Shown here: one piece after another, positions 25,824-33,795 of the stretch
How positions within the stretch are numbered: position 1 is the first letter of the stretch
Layout: the number at the start of each line of letters is the position of its first letter
Assembly (NCBI GenBank): GCA_905182825.1
Contig: CAJJDJ010000048.1
Coordinates: forward strand, 1 to 35,213
Direction: 5' to 3'
Length of the DNA stretch: 35,213 nt
Source: Thiotrichaceae bacterium UBA7359
Lineage (GTDB): Bacteria > Pseudomonadota > Gammaproteobacteria > Eutrophobiales > Eutrophobiaceae
The notes under the pieces: generated by a model
The model's input: only the letters and a program-made list of their open reading frames with translations
Told to the model about the DNA's origin: nothing
The model's database searches: none
Position numbers and translations under genes: made by a program

Positions 25824-28018
25824 TAGGTTATCTGTGATTTATTTGTATGAGTCAACCGATTGATAGCTGGTAACCTTATCACGGCACATGCACCATTATT
25901 ATCATTGTTGTTCTCAAGCCAGACTGTACCAGAATGCTCATTAATAATTTTCTTTACTATAGCCAGCCCAAGGCCAGTACCTTTTTGTTTAGTCGTGATG
26001 TAAGGTTCAAATAACTTGTTGACAACTGTTGCTTTAATGCCTGGCCCATTATCCTTCACACGAATTTCAACCATATGACTATTATCAATATTTATGCCTT
26101 TAGCACTGATCATAAGATGATGTCCTGCTCCCATCTCATTTGCATCAATAGCATTCATCAATAGATTATTAAAAACTTGCCTTAGTTTTTTTTCATCCCC
26201 TCTTACTAATGGTAATTCGTTGTCAACATCTACTTTAATTTCATTTTTATTTTCCATATTACTAAACAAATCATGACCTTCTTGGATGAGATGCTCAAGC
26301 CTAATCTCTTCCGAATTAAATTCAGGAGATCTTGCATAATCTGAAAAGCTATTTACCATTTCTTTCAACGTGTCTACTTGTTGAATAATAGTATTTGTCA
26401 TTCTATCCAGCATTTCTGCATCTTCCGCATTCATTGAAGATAAATATTTATGACGTAATCTTTCTGCGGCTAGTTGAATCGGAGTAAGTGGATTTTTAAT
26501 TTCATGTGCAAGATGTTGAGCCATCTCACTCCATGCCGCATCACGCTGCCCACGGATCAAAGCGGTGATTTCATCAAAAACTATAACATAGCCGCTCGTT
26601 TTTCCATCTGAGCCTACAAGCATAGCGCCATTAATCATCAAAGTTAGGTTGCCAGTTTTATTGGACAGGGTTATCTGTTCATGCCATTCGTCCAATTGTT
26701 CTTGAATATTTGATGAAATACATTCAAAGAAATCAATTAGGGATGGAAGCTCTTTTATTAATATTTGTATATTCTTTTTTTCAAAAATATCAAAATCGAT
26801 GTTTAATATTTGATTTGCACTAATATTATATTTTTCAAGGCTACCATCTTGATTAAGGACGATAACACCTGAAGACAAACGAGATAGAATAGTTTCTAAA
26901 AAGTTACGTTGCGATTCAGTTTCTAATTGGCTTCGTTTCACAGAGTCTCGTGCTTGTGATATTTTGTCCGTCATATCATTAAATGATGAGACAAGGAAAC
27001 CTAGCTCATCATTTCCCGGCACTGGTAAGCGGGTACTATAGTCACCCTCTGCAATTAACCTCGTACCTTCTGCCAGATTTTTAACGGGCTCTGAAAGTTT
27101 CCTAGCAGAATAAAAAGCTGCCCACACGGCACTAAACATACTGAACAGTAAAACTAGTGTTAATATTATTATAAAGCTAACTTTAAGCTGTTCTCGTAGA
27201 TATGAAAGTTCCTTGTATTCAATATATGACGATTGGACACTTTCAGTTAATTGGTTCATTCGTTCAGAGATCGGAAATAATGTCTGTACTAAACGGGCTT
27301 CCTTATCAATATTCTTAGTTGATAAATTTGCAACTACACGAATCAATAAATTCGTATTTTTAATTACATCTAGACCTATGTAACTACTCCCTTGTGATAA
27401 TTGTAATAAAATATTTTTGTCCGGCGTGACAGGAATCAGACTTTTTGTATCAATAGAGCTTGACGCTATGACAACACCTTTTCTAGTTAATAATGTAAGC
27501 TCATTGGCATTGACGCGCTCTCTTATTTGGTCAATAACAAAAGGTAATTCAGAATCGTTTGACTCATTCAACTCTTCCGCAATTTTTTCAGTCATATTTA
27601 ATAATTCACGCATACGCACATCTAGAGCGAGTCGACTTAACTCAAGCGAATCATCAAGTGCTTGTTCTACTCTCAAGTCAAACCAGCTATCAATACCGCG
27701 ATGCAAGAAGTCTAAAGAAAAGTAGTACACAATTAGAACAGGTGTGACTGATAATATGGAAAAAAGCACAACCATTCTGACTGTCATTCGAGAGCCAATG
27801 ATTTTATTTTTAAATTGGCGAATTAAGCGATTGATATTTAATATAATTAATATGATTAAACTTACTAAACCTAGTCCATTTAATATGAGCAGAATTGAAT
27901 AATAACGATTAAATAATTCTGAATTTTGTAATGATTGACTCATGATCACCAATGAAGCAAGCATGAAAAAAAATAGACTTGAGCCGATGAGCAATATCAG
28001 ATTGCTTCCTTTATTCAT
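25823..28018 (-). CDS. ntrY: NtrY-like sensor histidine kinase (TM, HAMP, PAS, HisKA, HATPase)
   Basis: About 731 aa. N-terminal TM segments, HAMP (LSEPVKNLAEGTRLIAEGDY), H-box AHEIKNPLTPIQL, N box NLLMNAIDA, G boxes DNGPGI and GTGLGLAIV. The ORF is open to 28033. The ATG at 28018 makes an ATGA overlap with the DUF4390 stop. Confidence 0.82.
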   Translation of the reverse strand: MNKGSNLILLIGSSLFFFMLASLVIMSQSLQNSELFNRYYSILLILNGLGLVSLIILIILNINRLIRQFKNKIIGSRMTVRMVVLFSILSVTPVLIVYYFSLDFLHRGIDSWFDLRVEQALDDSLELSRLALDVRMRELLNMTEKIAEELNESNDSELPFVIDQIRERVNANELTLLTRKGVVIASSSIDTKSLIPVTPDKNILLQLSQGSSYIGLDVIKNTNLLIRVVANLSTKNIDKEARLVQTLFPISERMNQLTESVQSSYIEYKELSYLREQLKVSFIIILTLVLLFSMFSAVWAAFYSARKLSEPVKNLAEGTRLIAEGDYSTRLPVPGNDELGFLVSSFNDMTDKISQARDSVKRSQLETESQRNFLETILSRLSSGVIVLNQDGSLEKYNISANQILNIDFDIFEKKNIQILIKELPSLIDFFECISSNIQEQLDEWHEQITLSNKTGNLTLMINGAMLVGSDGKTSGYVIVFDEITALIRGQRDAAWSEMAQHLAHEIKNPLTPIQLAAERLRHKYLSSMNAEDAEMLDRMTNTIIQQVDTLKEMVNSFSDYARSPEFNSEEIRLEHLIQEGHDLFSNMENKNEIKVDVDNELPLVRGDEKKLRQVFNNLLMNAIDANEMGAGHHLMISAKGINIDNSHMVEIRVKDNGPGIKATVVNKLFEPYITTKQKGTGLGLAIVKKIINEHSGTVWLENNNDNNGACAVIRLPAINRLTHTNKSQIT

Positions 28019-28581
28019 CGCATCAATTCCCATTTATACCATTCATTTGTAAGTTCCCAATTTGAAGAAAAGTATGCTTGAGGACGCATTGGTGGTGGCA
28101 ATGATTCAATATCAAGATAAGCACGAATTCTTGCAATATATATTTTATCTTTGATTAATAAATTTTGTTCGAATAGACTCATTTTTGAAATGATTTTTAT
28201 ATGATTTAACGCAGCATCAAGATTATCATGTGAATGACGCAACCCAGTCAACAAATCAGTAGTTAGAAAATTTTCGGTTAGTGGTTTATGTTCGAGTTTA
28301 TAGATTAATATTTTTTCGCTGATTGTCTTATCCCAGAACCAGTAACGTTTTAAACGTAATTGAAAATGAACATGGATTTCAAAGGAAACCCCATGGCGTA
28401 ATGCTCTATAAGCTTCTTCTGATAATTCAATATCACATAAAGCATCGAGATAATAAGTGTTCTTATCTAAATAAATTCGAATTGAGCTTGATTTAGTGGT
28501 GTTTGCAGTACTGGAATAGTTGATAGATGCCAGTATAAGAATGATGCCATATTTTACTATATTAGTAGACACATAAGACAT
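28015..28581 (-). CDS. DUF4390 domain protein, predicted exported, function unknown
   Basis: 188 aa. Signal-like N-terminus (IILILASINYSSTA). Body resembles the DUF4390 family found between rsmB and ntrY in beta- and gammaproteobacteria (RLKRYWFWDK..., YKLEHKPLTENF, ESLPPPMRPQ). Confidence 0.7.
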   Translation of the reverse strand: MSYVSTNIVKYGIILILASINYSSTANTTKSSSIRIYLDKNTYYLDALCDIELSEEAYRALRHGVSFEIHVHFQLRLKRYWFWDKTISEKILIYKLEHKPLTENFLTTDLLTGLRHSHDNLDAALNHIKIISKMSLFEQNLLIKDKIYIARIRAYLDIESLPPPMRPQAYFSSNWELTNEWYKWELMR

Positions 28582-28585
28582 AAGA

Positions 28586-29884
28586 CTATATCTTTTCTAG
28601 GCAAGAATAAAAGAAGCCATCCATGTCGTTTTGTCCTGTCAATATTTGTTTGCCGTAGCCTGTGTTCTCACCCCAGTCCGCATCAATAGGTTTGAGAACA
28701 CAGTCTTTGTTACTACTGATGAATTGCTTTATTAGTTCCGAATTTTCTTGTTTAAATATAGAGCAAGTAACATAAACTAATAATCCATTTATCTTCAAGG
28801 TTTTCCAAAGCGTTTCTATAAGCTGCAACTGCAACGTACTAATAGATTCAACTTCTTTCAGTGTTCTCAAGGTTTTAATGTCCGGATGTCGGCGTATTAC
28901 TCCTGTGGCAGAACAGGGAGCATCTAATAAAATACGGTCATAAAGTTCGTTATCCCACCAATTTTCAATATCATTTATATCTGAGACTTTAATGATAGCA
29001 TGGAGGTCTAGCCTAATTAACGTTTCAGATAATCTTTTTGCACGACTCGGCTCTTTTTCGATTACAGTTAAAGATTCAAGGCTTGGTTGCGACTCAAGGA
29101 TATGTGAACTCTTACCTCCTGGTGCAGCACAGGCATCGAGAACATTCTGTCCGGGTTTTAGATCAAGTAATTTTACTGAAAATTGAGCAGCAAGCTCTTG
29201 TACTGAAACATCGCCTTCATTAAACCCTGGCAATAAACCAACATCAACCGGCTTTTCCACAATTATTCCCTGTTCAGAATAAGGCGCACTTTTCCCTAAT
29301 ATACCAGCTTGTTCCATTTTTATTAAATACTCTTCTCGACTTTGACGTAGTTGGTTTACCCGAAGATACATTGGAGGGTGTTGATTGTTTGCTTCAAGGA
29401 TACTTTCCCATTCCACTGGCCAGTCCAGCCGGAGTTGTTTGATAAACCACTTGGGATGCGATGTGATAAGACTGTCGTCATTATTAATATGAGGATCGAA
29501 TATTTTTGTATCTCGAATATACCGACGTAAAATTGCATTGACTAAGCTTTTTGCCCATTCCATTTTCATTTTTTTACAGGTATTAACAGTCTCAGAGACA
29601 ACAGCATGAGCAGGGATTCGCATGAAGCGTAATTGATACAACCCAATAACTATTAGATATTTAAGTTGGCTATCTTTTTTCTTTATACGCTTCTTTAATA
29701 AGTGATTAAGAATATATTCAAGTTGTATATACCATCGAAATGTCCCGTAGCAAATTTCTTGGATTAATGCTTTGTCATTTCCTGCTTGTTTGAATGATTT
29801 ATTATCTCGTAATGCATAAGTTAGTGTGAATTTATTTTCAAATACTTGCGAAATTATTTGGGTAGCTATTAAACGCGATGACAT
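28586..29884 (-). CDS. rsmB: 16S rRNA (cytosine967-C5)-methyltransferase RsmB
   Basis: 432 aa. NusB-like N-terminal domain, DACAAPGGKS, LLDAPCSATGVIRRHPD, YVTCSI. Confidence 0.93.
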   Translation of the reverse strand: MSSRLIATQIISQVFENKFTLTYALRDNKSFKQAGNDKALIQEICYGTFRWYIQLEYILNHLLKKRIKKKDSQLKYLIVIGLYQLRFMRIPAHAVVSETVNTCKKMKMEWAKSLVNAILRRYIRDTKIFDPHINNDDSLITSHPKWFIKQLRLDWPVEWESILEANNQHPPMYLRVNQLRQSREEYLIKMEQAGILGKSAPYSEQGIIVEKPVDVGLLPGFNEGDVSVQELAAQFSVKLLDLKPGQNVLDACAAPGGKSSHILESQPSLESLTVIEKEPSRAKRLSETLIRLDLHAIIKVSDINDIENWWDNELYDRILLDAPCSATGVIRRHPDIKTLRTLKEVESISTLQLQLIETLWKTLKINGLLVYVTCSIFKQENSELIKQFISSNKDCVLKPIDADWGENTGYGKQILTGQNDMDGFFYSCLEKI

Positions 29885-29895
29885 AAGAGTTAGAT

Positions 29896-30837
29896 CTAGC
29901 CTGCGATGTTATTATCGTTGATAAAATCAGGATGACCGTTTAAGAAATCGATTGCGGACATTGGTCGTTTTCCAGGCAATTGTAATCTTGTGATTGTCAA
30001 AACATCTTTGCCTGTCATGATGCTTATGCCTGTTTTGTTATTTAGTAGCGTACCAACAACTAAATCTTCTGAACTTCGTTTGATTTCTGCTTCCCATATT
30101 CTCACATTGATGTTGTTGATTACTGTATGTGCTATGGGAAATGGATTGAATGCTCGAATTTTTCTTTCTAATTCAATGGCAGACTGAGACCAGTCTATTT
30201 TTGCGTCTTGTTTGCTGATTTTTTTCGCATAAGTTGCTTTTGAGTTGTCTTGTTTTATTGCATTAGTCTGATGTTTAACAATTTTAAATAATGACTCATT
30301 TATTTTTTTCGCACTCATAATGGCCAAACGGTCATGCAATGTTTTTGCAGTGTCATTAGGTGAAATTGAACAAACAAATTGTTCTAAAATTGGACCAGTA
30401 TCTAATCCACTATCCATCTGCATGATAGTAATTCCAGTCTCATTATCACCCTCTTCGATGGCTCTTTGAATAGGTGCTGCTCCGCGCCAACGGGGCAATA
30501 ACGAGGTGTGTATGTTGATACAGCCATATTTAGGGGTAGCTAAAATTTCTGGTGTTAAGAGGAGACCATAGGCTACTACCAGAATTAAGTCACAATCCTT
30601 CAATCTGTCTGAAGTAAGTTCTTTAGATGTCTCAGGTTGAAGGACAGAAATATTATTTTCAAGGGCGCAAAGTTTAACTTCACTCTGTTTGAGCTTACGA
30701 CCTCTTCCAGCTGGTCGATCAGGTTGAGTTAAAACCACATCGACAGAGTGCTGGCCTACATTAATGAGTTCTTCTAGCACAATCCGAGAAATTTCCGGTG
30801 TGCCAGCAAACGCGAGTCTTAATTTGGCATGAGTCAC
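29896..30837 (-). CDS. fmt: methionyl-tRNA formyltransferase
   Basis: 313 aa. LAFAGTPE..., NIHTSLLPRWRGAAPIQRAI. Confidence 0.96.
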   Translation of the reverse strand: MTHAKLRLAFAGTPEISRIVLEELINVGQHSVDVVLTQPDRPAGRGRKLKQSEVKLCALENNISVLQPETSKELTSDRLKDCDLILVVAYGLLLTPEILATPKYGCINIHTSLLPRWRGAAPIQRAIEEGDNETGITIMQMDSGLDTGPILEQFVCSISPNDTAKTLHDRLAIMSAKKINESLFKIVKHQTNAIKQDNSKATYAKKISKQDAKIDWSQSAIELERKIRAFNPFPIAHTVINNINVRIWEAEIKRSSEDLVVGTLLNNKTGISIMTGKDVLTITRLQLPGKRPMSAIDFLNGHPDFINDNNIAG

Positions 30838-31346
30838 AATGTTTTTTGCTGAAGTTTTTCTTGTTTATCGATTTTTTTCTTTAATCGCTGACGTTTAAGT
30901 AACGAAAGATAATCAATGAACAGTTTACCATCAAGATGATCAATTTCATGCTGAATACAAACAGCTAACAAACCATCAGCATTCGAAGTAATCACTTCAT
31001 CATCAAGCGTTTTATAACAAAACTCTATATATTCAGCACGTTCAATAATGTCATAATAATCAGGTACCGAAAGGCACCCCTCTCGCATTGTTCCGCTGCC
31101 TACTAATTTGGTGATTTTAGGGTTAATCAATATCAATGGTTCGTTTTTTTCTTCTGATAAATCAATCACAACGATTCTCTGCTGAATATTAACTTGAGTT
31201 GCAGCGAGACCAATACCATTTTTTGCATACATGATATCTAACATATTGCCGGCAATCTCCTTTACTTTTGAGTCTATCTTTTCGACCGGTAATGCCTTAG
31301 CACGCAGGCGTGGGTCAGGAAAATTCAAAACTTTGAGTATTGCCAT
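30834..31346 (-). CDS. def: peptide deformylase
   Basis: All three motifs are present: GIGLAATQV, EGCLSVP, QHEIDHL. The canonical N-terminus MAILKVLNFPDPRLR starts at 31346. The 33-codon upstream extension in the ORF track (to 31445) is not deformylase-like. Confidence 0.95.
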   Translation of the reverse strand: MAILKVLNFPDPRLRAKALPVEKIDSKVKEIAGNMLDIMYAKNGIGLAATQVNIQQRIVVIDLSEEKNEPLILINPKITKLVGSGTMREGCLSVPDYYDIIERAEYIEFCYKTLDDEVITSNADGLLAVCIQHEIDHLDGKLFIDYLSLLKRQRLKKKIDKQEKLQQKTL

Positions 31347-31498
31347 AGCACTATTCGCTCCAAAATAGTCATAACTGACTGATAGTATACAGGAAAAATA
31401 ATTTGTTGTAGTTAAACCACAAAAAAATATAGTCTCAGCTAACATTTTGCTATACTTTTTGCTAATCTACATTAAGGAAATCATCTAAGATTATAGAC

Positions 31499-32746
31499 AT
31501 GTTCAATAAAATTCTAATTTCATGCGCGGTTTTGCTATTAACTATTAGCGTGAGGGCGGATGAATTGACAATAAACCCAGGACATCCAGAGAATTACACC
31601 GTTGTGAAGGGTGATACACTATGGGATATTTCTGCTCGATTTTTACAAGAACCTTGGCGTTGGCCGGAAATTTGGGGGGATAATCCTCAAATATTCAACC
31701 CGCATTTAATATATCCGGGAGATATTGTCTCTCTTTTGTACGAAGATGGGGAGCCTGTTTTAAACCTTGAAAGAGGAACCAGCCAGTTAGTAACTGGGCG
31801 TAATGTAAAGTTGTATCCGACTATTATTAGTACGCAAAATGCTGAGGCCATTCAAAGTATTCCAATCGATGCAATTCAGCAATTTCTTGAGCAGTCAATT
31901 GTCCTCGATGAGAATGAAATAGAACAGTGGCCTTACATAGTTTCAAATTATGATGGCCATTTGATGGCAAGTTCAGGCGACATCATCTACGTGCGTGACA
32001 TACCGAAAGAATCAAAAATTGTAAAATATTCAATTTACCGAAAGGGCGCGTCTTATGTCGCTCCAAAAAAAGCTCATGAAAAGGTTGCGGGTGAGATTTT
32101 GGGTTTTGAAGCTCTTTATATTGGTGATGCCACAATACAAAAAAGGGGAGACCCGGCTTCTGCGATAATTACCATTGCTGATAAAGAGGTCATGAAAGGA
32201 GATCGATTATTTCCTCATACTAATGAGGGATTCACCAATGAATTTGTTCCTCGAACAACAAATAGTGTAATGAAAGGTAGTATCCTTTCCGTTCTCGATG
32301 GTGTTTCGGAAATTAGCCAATATCAAGTGGTGGTGTTGAATCTTGGTAAAGAACAAGGTCTTGAAGTAGGTAATATACTCGGTGTTTACCAGAGTGATTA
32401 TGTTGTTGAGGATAGAATAGGACCAAATATCAAAAAAGATAATTCGCAGAAAGATACTGAGATAACTAAAGAAAGTAATGACGCTAATGGTGGGTTGACT
32501 AAAATATTGGTGCAGGCTGTTGATGCTACCATAAGAAGTGGTTTGGATGTGATTGGTGGTATTAATTCCTTTGAGGAGAGTTATCTAGCAATTGCAAATA
32601 AACAAGCTAAGTCTAAAAATGTAAGTTTACCTGAAGAGTATGTTGGTGTTGTGATGGTTTTAAAAACGTTTAGTAAAGTGAGCTATGCAATGGTGATGGA
32701 AGCAAAACGGCCGATGCATGTGTTAGACACAATAAGAAGTCTATAG
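31499..32746 (+). CDS. LysM-domain periplasmic protein, TsaP-like (type IV pilus secretin-associated family)
   Basis: 415 aa. Signal peptide, then LysM (YTVVKGDTLWDISARFLQEPWRWPEIW..NPHLIYPGDIV). Its divergent position next to def-fmt matches P. aeruginosa tsaP (PA0020) and Neisseria tsaP. Confidence 0.7.
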   Translation: MFNKILISCAVLLLTISVRADELTINPGHPENYTVVKGDTLWDISARFLQEPWRWPEIWGDNPQIFNPHLIYPGDIVSLLYEDGEPVLNLERGTSQLVTGRNVKLYPTIISTQNAEAIQSIPIDAIQQFLEQSIVLDENEIEQWPYIVSNYDGHLMASSGDIIYVRDIPKESKIVKYSIYRKGASYVAPKKAHEKVAGEILGFEALYIGDATIQKRGDPASAIITIADKEVMKGDRLFPHTNEGFTNEFVPRTTNSVMKGSILSVLDGVSEISQYQVVVLNLGKEQGLEVGNILGVYQSDYVVEDRIGPNIKKDNSQKDTEITKESNDANGGLTKILVQAVDATIRSGLDVIGGINSFEESYLAIANKQAKSKNVSLPEEYVGVVMVLKTFSKVSYAMVMEAKRPMHVLDTIRSL

Positions 32747-33033
32747 TCAAACTAAGAAGCTTTAGAAGTCGCATTCTCATGACATAATAGTTATCGTAAT
32801 GTAAAGAATATTTAATCCAGTATCTTCAAAACTATCGATTACATCCTGACCCTCAACATCAAATTCAATGTGGATCTTTTTTTTAACGTACGAACTTTTC
32901 AGTTAGATAAAACTTAGATCGAAATCAATATATCTTTCTGATACTAGGCTTAATTCATAATGAATTTGTGTATGGTATGTTTGATTATTAGAGGTAATAA
33001 AATGACACTCTTATGAAGTGATTCTCCGTGATG

Positions 33034-33253
33034 AATGTTGTTTTGAAAAGTCTTGATTTAGTAGAAGTTAGTCAGGTTAGACTTAGCGAATTGAAACTAT
33101 ATAAATATTATGACTTACGAAATATTATCAGTATAAGGGCTTATTGAATTAACATGATTGACGGCAGATGACGTTTCCGCCATGCTATGAAGATCACAGT
33201 TAAAATGAATGGTTGAAACTCAATACGGCGTCAAGTATTGTCATTGTGAATAG
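33034..33253 (+). pseudogene. possible decayed 3' remnant of dprA (smf)
   Basis: The frame ending at TAG 33251-33253, 20 nt before the smg ATG, reads LTADDVSAML*RSQLK*MVETQYGVKYCHCE*. This resembles the DprA C-terminal winged-helix motif LELxGxVxxxxGxxY, with TGA where the Gly codon (GGA) is expected. An upstream shifted frame gives FSVMNVVLKSLDLVEVSQVRLSEL... The syntenic slot fits dprA. No Rossmann core was found. Confidence 0.3.
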
Positions 33254-33273
33254 TTAAAAGAAGATTATAATAT

Positions 33274-33750
33274 ATGAAAGAAACTGTTTTAGATGTGCTC
33301 ATTTATTTATTTGATCATTACGTCGAGGAAGAACTCGAAATAAACCCCGAACAACAAGATTTAAAAATGCAATTAGTGCACGCTGGTTTTGCAGAACTTC
33401 AAGTTGATAAAGCAATTGATTGGTTAGAAGGACTAGCGACACAAAAAGGTGTGTTAGATACCAGCGTGTTTTGTTCTAGATCAATAAGGGTTTTTAATGA
33501 CATAGAGAATGAAAAGCTTGATGTCGAATGTAAGGGTTTTTTGCTATTCTTGGAACAATCAGGCGTACTTTACTCAGAAGATCGTGAGCTTGTCATTGAT
33601 AGAGTAATGGCGCTTGAAACTGAGACTATAGAATTGCAACAACTTAAGTGGGTTGTGTTAATGGTATTATTTAATCGTCCGGGTAAAGAAGCTGCGTTTG
33701 CATGGATGGAAGAAATCGTAATGGACGAAGTTAGTGCGGTAGTCCATTAA
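33274..33750 (+). CDS. smg: Smg protein (DUF494)
   Basis: 158 aa. MKETVLDVLIYLFDHY...AGF....V.KAIDWLEGL is typical of Smg, and it sits at the conserved position upstream of topA. Confidence 0.9.
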   Translation: MKETVLDVLIYLFDHYVEEELEINPEQQDLKMQLVHAGFAELQVDKAIDWLEGLATQKGVLDTSVFCSRSIRVFNDIENEKLDVECKGFLLFLEQSGVLYSEDRELVIDRVMALETETIELQQLKWVVLMVLFNRPGKEAAFAWMEEIVMDEVSAVVH

Positions 33751-33795
33751 ATTTTTATTTCCCCTCATTTAAAATAGTGATATTGTTTAGCAAAT

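Noticed and set aside
31347-31445. 33-codon N-terminal extension of def, and the similar TTG-initiated extensions of gpmI (16675-16692), the TPR gene (21028-21054) and xerC (4782-4787).
   Set aside because: The conserved protein N-termini begin at the internal ATGs. The extensions are not homologous to the families and mostly start at TTG only because the frame happens to be open.
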